A stretch of 54,027 nt of DNA from Prorocentrum cordatum (taxonomy: Eukaryota): NCBI GenBank assembly GCA_963575745.1, contig CAUYUJ010000272.1, positions 62,001 through 116,027 of the forward strand. The letters are read 5' to 3'. Numbering within the stretch: position 1 is the stretch's first letter; each line of letters starts with the position of its first letter. The translations under genes were made by a program, and so were the position numbers. Below are positions 1 to 13,530 of this stretch, one piece after another. The notes beneath the pieces are model-generated. The model saw nothing but the letters and a program-made list of their open reading frames with translations. It had not been told where the DNA came from and ran no database searches.

Positions 1-2759
1 TGTTATTAAAATCAGTACTATTAGTTTTTTATTACTAGTAGTAGCATGATTCATGGTCTTACTTTCTATTGCTATTAATGGTATGCTATATCATTATAGG
101 TATTCTCCTCCGCCTCATTATCCTCCTCGTCCTCTTCCTCTTCCTCATCCTCATCCTCCCCCCGTCCTTTGCGATCGGGGAAGGGGCTCAGCACGCGTGC
201 GACCTTTTCGACTGAGCTCCGCTGCTTTTTGGGGTCGTGCAGCAGTCGATGGATCTCGCCCAGCCGTTCCAGTGCGGTCCGCACCTCCTCCTCCTCCTCC
301 TCCTGCGGCACTGCGGGCAAGGCGGTCTGTTCCGCCGCAGCCCACGCCGCGCCCCGCGCGCCGCCGCGTTCGGCGCGACGTATTCTGGGAGCCTCTGGGC
401 AGGCGGCGGGCCGCCGCGGCCTGTCGTTACTTGTGGATCTTCATCTCCTCCCCCTCGCTCCAGCGAGGGGGCCTTCATGATGGTGAAGGGCGCGTGCAGG
501 TGATTGCTCGGGGCGATCGCGTAGCAGTTGCCGCCGTGGTCGTTCATGTGCCCATGTTACAGGCAGGTGAGGATGTCTCCAGCCCTGTCGTTTTGGCGTT
601 CGTTGTTGCCGCTGGCTGCTTGAGTTGGTCTCGTTGTGGCAGCAGTCGTTGGCGATTCCGTTGTTTTCCGAGCTGTGTGGCGACGATAATCCAGGTCGCG
701 GCTCGAGGAGCACCGCGCCTGGAGGTCCTAGCACACAGCAAAACGTGGCGTCACCAAAAATGTCGCCGAGGTGGTTGTACTCGTTCTGGTGGTGGTTGGC
801 GCTGACGATAAGTCTTCTGTTTTCGTCGTAGTAGCTGTTGTAGTGCCACCCTCTTGCTGCAATGAGAGCGTCCGCTGTACTGCGCATGACCATGCCTATG
901 ATGTCGTCGATCTCGCTTCCTCCTCCTCCTCCTCCTCCTCCTCCTCCTCCTCCGCCTCCTCCTGTTGCTTGTTGCCTGTTGGCTGGAGTGTCGTACCGAC
1001 GCAGCCCTCCTCCTCCTCCTCCTCCTCCTATTCCTCCTCCTCCTCCTCCTCTTCATCCTCCTCTTCCTCCTCCTCCTTCTCCTCCTCCTCCTCCTCCCCC
1101 TCCTCCTGCCCTCCCTCCCCGCCCCTCCCTCCCCCCCCTTCGCCGCTGGCCGTTACCTTGCGGCCCGAGCGGCAGGCGCCCAGGGGCCGCGCCGCCCCGC
1201 CGCCCCCGAGGCCTCCCCGCTCCGCCCGGGGGCAGGGCGGCCATGGGCCGGCCGCCCGGGGCGCCGCGCCGCTGCGCAGCCCCATGCGGCGAGCGGCGGC
1301 GTGGGCGCCGCGGCGGCCCGCGCCTGCCGCCGCCTCGCCGCCGGAGCCGCGCGCGCCGCCCGCCGCCGCGAGCGAGGCTCACAGTGGGCGTCACGCCGGG
1401 GAGGAAGGATGCACCCATACACCGCTAGCTTTCGCCCGTTTTTCCCTTCCCTTTTTGGGCCTCCTGGGAGGCCCTCGTCGCCACCGCTGGATTCGCCTCG
1501 AGATTCTGGTCAGAACGCACCCCAAGAGAGGTCAGAGGGGTAGCGGTAGCGGCGCTTCTTGGTTTCCCCGGTCACAGCAAGCAGTACAGTCGGACCGAGG
1601 TAACCCAGGGATGTTGTCAGTTTTGAACCCCCTTTTCATCTCTCGGCGGGAAACAACACTGGTCCACATCGTCGCGGCGGAAAGTATTTTCCCTCTACTG
1701 GGGGGTTTAAAGACTCCTAGGGAGGTCGGTTCGGGGAGGGTACCCTGATGTTTCCCGTGTTCGTTGGACGTTCTTGCGCATCCCGGGGAGGGTGCCCTTG
1801 CATGTCCTGTGTGTTTTGGCCGGCGGAGGGTCTCACATTCTTGAAGGATGTTACTCTGTCCTGGGTCCGACTGTAGATCCGTTAGTCGTTGTGGCTCAGT
1901 GGGTGTCTTGAGGCCAATCTCAGTAAGTGGCGCTCCACCGGGCCAGGCCCACCCACATCACTGAATCTTCATCTGTGGATTTCCGGCGGGAAGAAGCGGT
2001 TTAAGCTCGGGCAGTTGTGCTTCGTCTTGAGGGGAATTGGGGCTTTTCAGATGGGGTCCGAGCAGATGGGGCCAGAGGGTCGCGCCGCATCGACGATGCG
2101 TCGCCGATGCAGCTCGATGTAGAGTCCGATTTCCTCCACGCCGATGGCGCCGATGCATCGCCGACGTCGCCGATGCGGCGCGACCCTTCGACCACATCTA
2201 CTCGGACCCCATCCAGGAGGCCTTCCTGGGGAAAAGGTGCCTGCACTGCTGCCCCATACCTCTTCCTCGCCTCTCTCTGGGCCTCGTGGGAGAGGCCCTC
2301 GTCGACACCGCTGGACTCGCCGCGAAGTTCTGGCGCCAGAGGCGCGAGCGCCAGTGAGCCCCCGAAAACTCCCCTCCCTCCCCCCCGGAGGCGCGAGCGC
2401 CCCGCGGTGCGGCGCGGGCGGCGGGCGAGCCCCGCGCGGCCCGGGCCTGGGCCCCGCTGCTCGCGCCCGCCGCCCTGGCGGCGCGCAGGTCGGGGGGCGC
2501 CCCGGCCGCGCGCCCACGGCACACGTCGGCGGCGATGCGTCTTGGTTGGGCGGAAAGGGAGGGGGGCGGTGACCTAATTAGGGGGGGGGGCGGTGACCTA
2601 TATGGGGGGGGGGCATCAGGGCGTGGGCCAGGAGATCTCCCCGGATTTCACGACGCCTCTTCTTATTTCGTTGCGTCCCTGGCCCTTCTCCCCTGGGCCG
2701 CCGCGCACATGCCGCCGGCCATGATTTGCGCCCCCCCCCCTCGGAGGGCCATACTGTAC

Positions 2760-4875
2760 GCCCGCCGCCGGCTTGGTACCCTTTCTGGCGCCGAACCAAC
2801 CCATCCAGATACCAAGCCAGCGGCCGCCGGCTTGGTACCCCGCCGGCTTGGTACCCCCCCGGGGGCTCCTCCCTACCAAGCCAGCGGCCGCCGGCTTGGT
2901 ACCCCGCCGGCTTGGTACCCCTCCAGGGCCTCCTCCCTACCAAGCCAGCGGCCGCCGGCTTGGTACCCCGCGGCTTGGTACACCTACCAAGCCAGCGGCC
3001 GCCGGCTTGGTACCCCGCCGGCTTGGTACCCCTCAAGGGCCTCCTGCCCTACCAAGCCAGCGGCCGCTGGCTATGGTAACCCTGCAGGCTTGGTAACACC
3101 TGGGGGCCTCCTCCCTACCAAGCAGCGGCGCCGGATGGTTACCCCGCGGCTTGGTACCCCGCGGCTTCGTATCCTCCCGCGGCTTGGTACCCCTCCAGGG
3201 CTCCTCCCTACCAAGCCAGCGGCCGCCGGCTTGGTACCCCGCCGGCTTGGTACCCCTCCAGGGCCTCCTCCCTACCAAGCCAGCGGCCGCCGGCTTGGTA
3301 CCCCGCCGGCTTGGTACCCCTCCAGGGCCTCCTCCCTACCAAGCCAGCGGCCGTCGGCTTGTTACCCCACCGGCTTGGTATCCCCCCGGGGGTTCCTCCC
3401 TGCCAAGCCAGCGGCCGCCGGCTTGGTACCCCGCCGGCTTGGTACCCCTCCAGGGCCTCCTCCCTACAGCCAGCGGCCGCCGGCTTGGTACCCCGCCGGC
3501 TTGGTACCCCTCCATGGCCTCCTCCCTGCCAAGCCAGCGGCCGCCGGCTTGGTACCCCGCCGGCTTGGTACCCCCCCGGGGGCTCCTCCCTACCAAGGCA
3601 GCGGCCGCCGGCTTGGTACCCCGCCGGCTTGGCACCCCACCCCCCTACCAAGCCAGCGGCCCGCCGGCTCGGTACACCCGCTGGCTTGGACCCCCCGCCG
3701 GATCCGACCCTCACCACGCCAGCTGGCCGCCGGCTTGGTACCCCGCCGGCTCGGTACCCCCCCAGGGCTTTCCCCCCGCCAAGCCAGCGGCCGCCGGCTC
3801 GGTATACCCCGCCGCCGTGGGTTCGCCCCGCGCCCCCATGCCAAGCCAGCGGCCGCCGGCTTGGTACCCTGCTGGCTTGGTACCCGCCCAGGGGCTCCCC
3901 CCTGCCAAACCAGCGGCCGCCAGCTTGGTACCCCTCCGGCTTGGTACCCCTCCAGGGGCATCCTCCCTACCAAGCCAGCGGCCGCCGGCTTGGCACACCG
4001 CCGGCTTGGTTCCCCCCCCGGGGGCTCCCCCCTACCAAGCCAGCGGCCGCCGGCTTGGTACCCCCCCTGCTTCGTATCCTACTGGCCTTCGGCCCTTCCC
4101 GCCATCGTGCCTGGGTGGTGGGTCAGAGGCCTCATGGATGTTGGTTGGGATCTCGTGGTTGGCCTCTCGGGAGCCTCTTGGAGGCAGTTTTGAGGCATCT
4201 TGGGGGCTGTTTTGGAGCTTCTTGGGGCCTCTTTTGGGTCTCTTGGGAGCCTCTTTGGGGGTGTCTTGGCGGTCCTTGGGGCCTCTTCGGGGCCTCTTGG
4301 GGTCTCCTGGCGGCCTCTTGGGGCGGAAGGCTCGAGCTTTCGGTCTGTGGTCCCCCTCTGGGCCCTCTCCTGGGGCCGTCTAGACGGCCTCTTTGGCCGT
4401 CTTGGGCGCCTCCTGGGCCGCCTTGGGGCCCTCTTGGGCCGTCTTGGGGCCCTCTTGGAGGCCGTCTTGGGGCGGTCTTGGGGGCCTCTTAGGCCGTCTT
4501 GGAGCGTCGGAGAGCCGAAAAGGCGGGAGGGCCAACATCCTTCAAAAACAAATGGAAATTGTCGATTTGGACCTCTTGGGCCGCTCTTCTGAGGCCTGTT
4601 GGCGCCGAACCAACCCATCCAGATACCAAGCCAGCGGCCGCCGGCTTGGTACCCCGCCGGCTTGGTACCCCCCGGGGGCTCCTCCCTACCAAGCCAGCGG
4701 CCGCCGGCTTGGTACCCCGCCGGCTTGGTACCCCCCCAGGGCCTCCTCCCTACCAAGCCAGCGGCCGCCGGCTTGGTACCCCGCCGGCTTGGTACCCCGC
4801 CGGCCTGGTACACCGCTGGGGGGCTCCCCACTACAAAGACCAGGGCGCGGCCTGGTACCCGCCGGCTGGTACCCT
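2760..4875 (+). repeat. About 64-bp satellite (taccaagccagcggccgccggcttggtaccccgccggcttggtacc...), interrupted at about 4075-4600
   Basis: Many visible tandem units containing GCGGCCGC and GGTACC. Confidence 0.95.
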
Positions 4876-4952
4876 CCATGGCCCGCCTCCCATCATCTGA
4901 AAAAAGTGCTGTTCCGACTCTGGGGCGCCCCCAGACTCTGGGGGTTGGGGGT

Positions 4953-6424
4953 TGCTCCGACTTTGTCTCTCGTTGTCCGACTGTGTCTCCTCGCTCATAC
5001 CCCCTGCCTCCTTCTCCTGGTCCTCCTCCCTGTTTCTCTTCCTACTCCCTCTTCGCCTGCTTTTCCCAGTCCTTTTCTTCCTATTCCTCCTTTTCCTCCT
5101 CCTCCTCAACCTCCTCCCCCTCCTCCTCCTCGCCCCCAGTGCGCCCAGGAGGCTTTCAAGATGGCCCCATGACGGCCCAGGAGGCCCCAAAGACGGCCCC
5201 AAAAGGCCTCTAAGACGCCCAAGATGGCCTCCAAGACGGCCCTGAAGCGCCTCAAGAGGACCCCACATCGGTTCAGAGAGGCCCCCAAGACGGCTTCCGA
5301 CGGCGTCAGACCCGTCAGACGGGCTAGGAACGATTTAAGACTGCCAAGGAGAGGCCCCCAAGACGCCCCCACTGCCCCCAAGAGGCCTAAGGAGGCCCCC
5401 AAGAGGCTTCCGAGAGGCCCCCTGGGAAGCCCCCAGGAGGCCCCACAAGAGTGCCCCAAGAGGCTCCCAAGAGGCTTCCTCCTCCTCCTCCTCCTTCTCC
5501 TCCTCCTTCTCATCCTCTTCCTCCCTCTCCTGATCCTCCCCCTCAGCCTCCCCCAAGCGTTCCCCGAAGAGTTTCCTGAGCGGCTAGGGGGGAAAACCAT
5601 AAATCAGATAGCTTTTGGCCAAGCGGGGGCCCCAACGTTGGCCACATAGGAGCTTCTCAAAAAGGATAGGGGGCGGCGGTGATTCGCAGGAGGCGGTCTG
5701 GATCCGCAGCCCCCCTGTATTGCCACAGGTGGAACAGGCGTGCCAAGGAAATTTTGACTGCTCTTCTTATTTCAAACCTCTTCCAGTGGCCTTCGGACCA
5801 GACCGCCTGCCCTCGGATTAGGACCAGAAGGTGGGCCACATCGCCATAGACGGCCAAAAGGGCCCAAGAATGGCAACAAGATGCCTCCAAGGGCGGCTAG
5901 GATTCCCCCCCCACCCTTCTTTCCCTCTGCCTCCTCCTTCTCCTGCCCCCTCCACTCCAAGAGAGCCAAGACGGCCCATATTTTGTTTCCAAGACGGCCC
6001 AAGATGCAACCGAGGCGTTCCAAAATGGCCCCAAGATGGCCCAGGACGGCCCCAAAGGCCCCCAAGAGGCTTTTAATGCAGTCCAAGAAGCCTCCAAGGG
6101 GACCTGCAGGAAGGCCCGAAGAGGCCAAGACAGCTGATTTCACGTGGGCTCTTGATGGATTTTAACGTTTTCGCCTGCCGACGGCCCAGTGCCGCCGAAG
6201 AGACCCCACAAGTGTCAGATGGGGGCGGGGGGGGGCGGGGACGTGGGGGGGGGGGAGGGGGGTGGGGTGGCCCCCCAACAAGAAATGAGCGCCCAAGAGG
6301 CCTCCAAGACGGCCCCACGACGGCCTCCAGACGGTCCAAAAGGCCCCCAAGGCGCCTCCAAGACGGCCCACGAGAACTCCAAGACGCCCACTCGTCATCG
6401 TGGTTGTCGCCGTCATCGTCGTCG

Positions 6425-6456
<32 letters not shown>

Positions 6457-8658
6457 GTGGTCGTCAAACCTCTTCCAGTTTCCTAATCAAACCCCTCTCC
6501 CTCTCCCTCTCCCTTCCCCCTCCACCAACCCCCCCACCCCCCCTCCACCCCCCCCTCCACCACCCACCTCAGCCCCCCCTCCACCTCCCCCTCCACTCCC
6601 CGTCCACCTCCTCCTCCACCCCTTCGGATGTCCCTTGGAACCTTTTTGGGAGCACCCAGGGGGCTCCAGAGGGCCCCAAGAGGGCTCCAAGACGCGCCCC
6701 AGAGACCACTGAGAGGTCTCATCCAGACGCGCTGATCGATGACACCTACTAGCGGTTTCTGAGGTCTCTCTTGGGCCCCTCTTGGGCCCGTTTGGGGGCC
6801 CTCTTAGGGCCTTCTTGGAGCCATCATGTGGGCCAACAAGGGGCCCAAGAGGGCTCCAAGAGGGCCCCAAGAGGGGCGAAACCAGGCAGATACCCGCAGC
6901 CATTGGTACATCTTCCTGGGCCTGTTGCGAGCCCTCTTGGGGCCCTCTTGGGCCCTCTTAGGGCCCACCCGGGGCTCGTGCCCCAAAGGCTCCAAGAGGG
7001 CCTTTCAGAGGGCCTTCAGAGGAGCCCCAAGAGTGATAACCACGGCAGCTGGTTGGTACATACTTCCTGGGGCGTTCATTGGGGCCCGCTTAAAGTCCAC
7101 GGGGCCCTGCAAGAGGGTTCCAAGAGGGCCCTCAGAGGGCCCCAAGAGGGCCCCAGGAATTATGTACCAGCGGCCGCTGGATTGGTACATAATTCCTGGG
7201 GCCTTTTGGGGGCCCTCCTAGGGCCAACCAGGGGCCCAAGAGGGCTCCAAGAGGGCACTCAGAGGGCCCCAACAGGGCCCTAGGAGTTATGTACCAGCCC
7301 AGTCTTAGGGACCCCTTAGAGCCATCTTATGGGCCGATGTCCCACGGGGACCACCAGGTAACTCCGATGTCCCACGGGGGATACCGGGCAACTCCGATGT
7401 CCCACGGGCCGATGTCCCACGGGGACCACCGGGTAATTCCGACGTCCCACGGGGGACACCGGGTAACTCCGATGTCCCACGGGCCGATGTCCCACGGGGA
7501 CCACCGGGTAACTCCGATGTCCCACGGGGGACACCGGGTAACTCCGATGTCCCACGGGGGGGCACCAGGTAAATCGTGCCCAGACCCCCCTTTGCAAGGT
7601 CGAGTTACCCGATGTCCCCCGAGGGACACCGGGTAACTCCGATGTCCCACGGGCCGATGTCCCACGGGGACCACCGGGTAACTCCGATGTCCCACGGGGG
7701 ACACCGGGTAACTCCGCTGTCCCACGGGCCGATGTCCCACGGGGACCACCGGGTAACTCCGATGTCCCACGGGGGACACCGGGTAACTCCGATGTCCCAC
7801 GGGCCGATGTCCCACGGGGACCACCGGGTAACCCGATGTCCCACGGGGGGACACCGGGTAACTCCGATGTCCCACGGGAGGCCACCCGGTAACCATGCCC
7901 AGACCCCCCTTGCAATGTCGAGTTACCCGATGTCCCCCGGGGGACACCGGGTAACTCCGATGTCCCACGGGCCGATGTCCCACCACCGGGGACTCCGATG
8001 TCCCACGGGGGACACCGGGTAACTCCGATGTCCCACGGGCCGATGGCCCCGGGGACACCGGGTAACTCCGATGTCCCACGGGGGACACCGGGTAACTCCG
8101 ATGTCCCACGGGCCGATGTCCCACGGGGACCACCGGGTAACTCCGATGTCCCACGGGGGACACCGGGTAACTCCGATGTCCCACGGGAGGCCACCGGGTA
8201 ACCATTCCCAGACCCCCCTTGCAATGTCGAGTTACCCGATGTCCCCCGGAGGACACCGGGTAACTCCGACGGGCCGATGTCCCACGGGGACCACCGGGTA
8301 ACTCCGATGTCCCATGGGGGTCCACCGGTTTACTGAATAATGCCGAATGCGCCCCTTGCAAGGTCGACTTACTCGACGCCCCTCGGGGGACACCGGGCAA
8401 GTGGGGGGGGGTGGAGCGCACCCCCCGCTTACCCGATGTCCCCCAGGGGACACCGGGTAACTCATGCCCGACTCCCCCCCGTGCAAAGTCGAGTTACCCG
8501 ATGCCCCCCCCTCGCCACCGGGTAACCCGTGCCTAACACCCCCCCCTGCAAGGTCGAGTTACCCGATGTCCCCTGGGGGACACCGGGTAAGTGGGGGGTG
8601 TGGAGCGCACCCCCCAGTTGCCCGATGCTCCCAAGGGGGGGCGCCAAATAACTTATGC

Positions 8659-8692
<34 letters not shown>

Positions 8693-8821
8693 TGTCGCCG
8701 GTCGTCGGTCGCGGGCCGGAAAAATTTGAGGCTTCGGATCCGTTTCGGGGCCCCCCTGGGCCCCGAGGGCTCCAAACCCCTGGGGAAAAGCAGCAGCAAA
8801 ACTTACCACTCCAGGTCGACG

Positions 8822-8855
<34 letters not shown>

Positions 8856-11800
8856 TGCGGGTCGAGAGCTCCAGGATGGGGCCGAAAGCTCCGGGTTGGG
8901 GTCGGGAGCTCCTGGACGGGGTCGAGAGCTCTGGGGTCGAAACAGGGGCCAGGAAATTTGGTCCAAGTATCGCTGCTTGGTCCTGCAGGGGCTGGGTAAG
9001 GGTGCGTTTACACCTCCTCGTCGTCGTCGTCGCCGAGGAGGAGGAGGAGGGCCCCAGGAGTTCTGTACCACCGGCCGCTGGGTTGGTACATAATTCCTGG
9101 GGCCTTCTTGGAGCCCTCTTGGCGCCCTCTTGGCGCCCTCTTGGGGCCCTCTTGGGGCCCTCTTGGGGCCCTCTTGGGGCCCTACAGGGCCAACCAGGGG
9201 TCCGAGAGGGCTCCGAGAGGGCCCTCAGAGGGTCCCAAGAGGGTTCAGGAGTTCTGTACCAGCGGCCGCTGGATTGGTACATAATTCCTGGGGCCTTCTT
9301 GGGGCCCTCTTGGCGCCTTCTTGGGGCCCTCTTGGGGCCCTTTTGGGGCCCTCTTGGGGCCCTCTTAGGGCCCTCTTGGAGCCCTCTCATGGGCCAACCA
9401 GGGGCCCAGGAGGGCTCCAAGAGGGCCCTCAGAGGGCCCCAAGAGGGCCCCAGGAGTTATGTACCAGCGGCCGCTGGGTTGTTGCACAACTCCTGGGGCC
9501 CTCTTGGGGCCCTCTCGGAGCCCTCTTGGGGCTCTCTTGGGGCCCTCTTAGGGCCCTCTCGGGGCCATCTTATGGACGGCGACGACAACGACAACGACGA
9601 CGACGATGACGACGACGACGACGACAACGACGACGACGACGACGACCACGACGATGGTGGTGACGACGACGACCACGACGACGACGATGACAACGACGAC
9701 CACGATGACGACGCGCCCGAAATCAGCCGACAAAGCGACCTAGTAGTTAAACCGACAAGGTGTCCTTCTTTTGGCGCAGCGGCTCCGAGACAGCCTGCAG
9801 GGCAGCCTCTTTTTGGCCGCATCGGCTCCGAGAAGCCTGCAGCTCGGCCTCCGGTGACATTTTTTCGGCCCGCCCTTCCGGTGGTCCCCGTGGGACATCG
9901 GCCCGTGGGACATCGGAGTTGCCCGGTATCCCCCGTGGGACATCGGAGTTACCTGGTGGTCCCCGTGGGACATCGGCCCATAAGATGGCTCTAAGGGGTC
10001 CCTAAGACTGGGCTGGTACATAACTCCTAGGGCCCTGTTGGGGCCCTCTGAGTGCCCTCTTGGAGCCCTCTTGGGCCCCTGGTTGGCCCTAGGAGGGCCC
10101 CAAGAAGGCCCAGGAATTATGTACCAATCCAGCGGCCGCTGGTACATAATTCCTGGGGCCCTCTTGGGGCCCTCTGAGGGCCCTCTTGGAACCCTCTTGG
10201 GCCCCTGGTTGGCCCTAAGAGGGCCCCAAGAAGGCCCCAGGAATTATGTACCAACCCAGCGGCCGCTGGTACATCACTCTTGGGGCCCTCTTGGGGCCCT
10301 CTGAGGGCCCTCTTGGAGCCCTCTTGGGGCCCGGGTTGGCCCTAAGAGGGCCCCAAGAGGGCCCCAAGAGGGCTCCAAGAGGGCCCCAGGAATTATGTAC
10401 CAACCCAGCGGCCGCTGGTACATAACTCCTGAACCCTCTTGGGGCCCTCTTGGAGCCCTCTTGGGCCCCTTGTTGGCCCACATGATGGCTCCAAGAAGGC
10501 CCTAAGAGGGCCCCCAAACGGGCCCAAGAGGGGCCCAAGAGAGGCCTCAGAAACCGCTAGTAGGTGTCATCGATCAGCGCGTCTGGATGAGACCTCTCAG
10601 TGGTCTCTGGGGCGCGTCTTGGAGCCCTCTTGGGGCCCTCTGGAGCCCCCTGGGTGCTCCCAAAAAGGTTCCAAGGGACATCCGAAGGGGTGGAGGGGGA
10701 GTTGGACGGGGAGTGGAGGGGGAGGTGGAGGGGGGGCTGAGGTGGTGGTGGAGGGGGGGTGGAGGGGGGGTGGGGGGGTTGGTGGAGGGGGAAGGGAGAG
10801 GGAGAGGGAGAGGGGTTTGATTAGGAAACTGGAAGAGGTTTGACGACCACGACGACGACGACGACGACGATGACGACGACGACGATGACGGCGACAACCA
10901 CGATGACGAGTGGGCGCCTTGGAGTTCTCGTGGGCCGTCTTGGAGGCGCCTTGGGGGCCTTTTGGACCGTCTGGAGGCCGTCGTGGGGCCGTCTTGGAGG
11001 CCTCTTGGGCGCTCTTGGGGCCATCTTGGGGGTCTCTTCGGCGGCACTGGGCCGTCGGCAGGCCGAAAACGTTAAAATCCATCAAGAGCCCACGGGAAAT
11101 CAGCTGTCTTGGCCTCTTCGGGCCTTCCTGCAGGTCCCCTTGGAGGCTTCTTGGACTGCATTAAAAGCCTCTTGGGGGCCTTTGGGGCCGTCCTGGGCCA
11201 TCTTGGGGCCATCTTGGAACGCCTCGGTTGCATCTTGGGCCGTCTTGGAAACATATTGGGGCCGTCTTGGGCTCTCTTGGAGCGATCCTAGCCGCCTTGG
11301 AGGCATCTTGGTGGCCATCTTGGGCCATTTGGGCCGTCTTAGTGGCGATGTGGCCACACCTTCTGGTCCTTCCGAGGGCAGGCGGTCTGGGCCGAAGGCC
11401 ACTGGGAAGGGTTTGAAAATAAGAAGAGCAGCAAAATGTCTGGCACGCCGTCCACCCCTGTGGCAAGCACAGGGGGCGGCGGATCCAAGACGCCTACGGC
11501 GAATCACCGCCGCCCCCAGCCTTTTTGAGAAGCGCCTATGTGGCCAAACGTTGGGCCCCAGCTTGGCCAAGCTATCTGATTATGTATTCCCCCAGCCGCT
11601 CCGGAAACTCTTCGGGGAACACTTGGGGGAGGCTGAGGGGGAGGATCAGGAGAGGGAGGAGGAAGAAGAGGAGGAGGAGGAGGAGGAGGAGGAGGAGGAG
11701 GAGGAGGCCTCTTGGGAGCCTCTTTGGGCACTCTTGTGGGGCCTCCTGGAGGCTTCCCGGGGACCTCTTGGAAGCCTCTTGGGGGCCTCCTTAGGCCTCT

Positions 11801-12185
11801 TGGGGGCCGTGGGGGCGTCTTGGGGGCCTCTCCTTGGCCGTCTTGAAGCGTCCCTGGCCCGTCTGACGGGTCTGACGCCGTCGGAAGCCATCTGGGGGGC
11901 CTCTTTGAACCGATGTGGGGTCCTCTTGAGGCGCTTCAGGGCCGTCTTGGAGGCCATCTTGGGCGTCTTAGAGGCCTCTTGGGGAGGAAGGAGGGGGAGG
12001 AGGAAGGAGGAGGGAGGAGGGCAGGAGGAGGAGGAGGAGGAGGAACAGGAGGAAGAGGAAGAAAAGGACCTGGAAAAGCAGGCGAGGAGGGAGTAGGAAG
12101 AGAAATAAGGAGGAGGACCAGGAGAAGGAGGCAGGGGGTAGGAGCGAGGAGACACAGTCGGACAGCGAGAGACAAAGTCGGAGCA
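4953..12185. repeat. Large inverted duplication: arms about 4953-7432 and 9878-12185
   Basis: tgctccgactttgtctctcg (4953) versus cgagagacaaagtcggagca (to 12185). gacgcgctgatcgatgacacctactagcgg (about 6727) has its reverse complement at about 10555. Confidence 0.9.
7330..8600 (+). repeat. Minisatellite of ccgggtaactccgatgtcccacggg and gggccgatgtcccac subunits
   Basis: Dozens of visible tandem copies. Confidence 0.95.
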
Positions 12186-13530
12186 CCCGGTACTCATCGG
12201 GCCCCGCCTCCAAGAGAGCACCCAGTACTCCAAAGCCTCCGATGCCAGAGAGGCCCCTTCGAAGTTGCATTAAAAAAGAATTCCGCCTCCAAGAGAGCAC
12301 CCAGTACTCAACCGGCTCCGTCTCCAAGAGGGCGCCCAGTACTCAGCAGGCCCCGTCTCCAAGACAGCACTCGGCACTCAACAGGCCCCGCCTCCAAGAG
12401 AGCACCCAGCACTCCACGGCCTCCGATACCAGAGAGGCCCCTTTCGAAGATGTATTCAAAAAGGAATCCGCCTCCAAGGGAGCACCCAGTACTCAACAGG
12501 CCCCGTCTCCAAGAGGGCACCCAGTACTCAACAGGCCCCGTCTCCAAGACAGCACCCGGCACTCAACAGGCCCCGTCTCCACGAGAGCACCCGGTATTCC
12601 ACAGTCTCCTGCACCAGAGAGGCCCTTTCGAAGTTGTATTAAAAAAGAACTCCGTCTCCAAGAGAGCACCCAGTACTCAACGGGCCCCGTCTCCAAGAGA
12701 GCACCCGCTACTCAACAGGCCCCGTCTCCAAGACAACACCCGGTACTCAGCAGGCCCCGCCTCCAAGAGAGCACCCAGTATTCCACAGCCTCCGATACCA
12801 GAGAGGCCCCTTCGAAGTTGTATTTAAAAAGAAGCCGGCTCCAAGAGAGCACCCAATACTCGACAGGCCCCGTCTCCAAGAGAGCACCCAGTACTCAACA
12901 GGCCCCGTCTCCAAGACAGCACTCGGTACTCAACAGGCCCCGCCTCCAAGAGAGCACCCATTACTCCACAGCCTCCGATACCAGAGTTGCCCCTTCGAAA
13001 TTGTATTAAACGAGAAGTCCGCCTCCAAGAGAGCACCCAGTACGCAACAGGCTCCGTCTCCAAGAGGACGCCCAGTACTCAACAGGCCCCATCTCCAAGT
13101 CAGCACTCGGTACTCAACAGGCCCCGCCTCCAAGAGTGCACCTAGTATTCCACTGCCTCCGATACCAGAGAGGCCCCTTCGAAGTTGTATTAAAAAAGAA
13201 ACCCGGCTCCAAAAGAGCACCCAGTACTCGACAGGCCCCGTCTCCAAGAGAGCACCCAGTACTCAACAGGCCCCGTCTCCAAGACATCACTCGGTACTCA
13301 ACAGGCCCCGCCTCCAAGAGAGCACCCAGTACTCCACAGCTTCCGATATCAGAGAGGCCCCTGCGAAGTTGCATTAAAAAAAAAATCGCCTCCAAGAGAG
13401 CACCCAGTACGCAACAGGCTCCGTCTCCAAGAGGGCGCCCAGTACTCAACAGGCCCCATCTTGAAGACAGCACTCGGTACTCAATAGGCCCCGCCTCCAA
13501 GAGAGCGCCCAGTACTCGACAGCCTCCGGT
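12186..13530 (+). repeat. 35-bp satellite (ctccaagagagcacccagtactcaacaggccccg) in a 184-bp higher-order repeat
   Basis: Marker ccagagaggccccttcgaag recurs at about 12245, 12429, 12614, 12798, 12981, 13165 and 13349. Confidence 0.92.

Noticed and set aside
75..893. Minus-strand coding-like fragments
   Set aside because: Short, frameshifted, with no recognisable family; cannot be supported.
12186..13530. CRISPR-like 35-bp periodicity (also 26680-27420 and 41127-41301)
   Set aside because: No unique spacers of uniform length, no cas genes, eukaryotic context.
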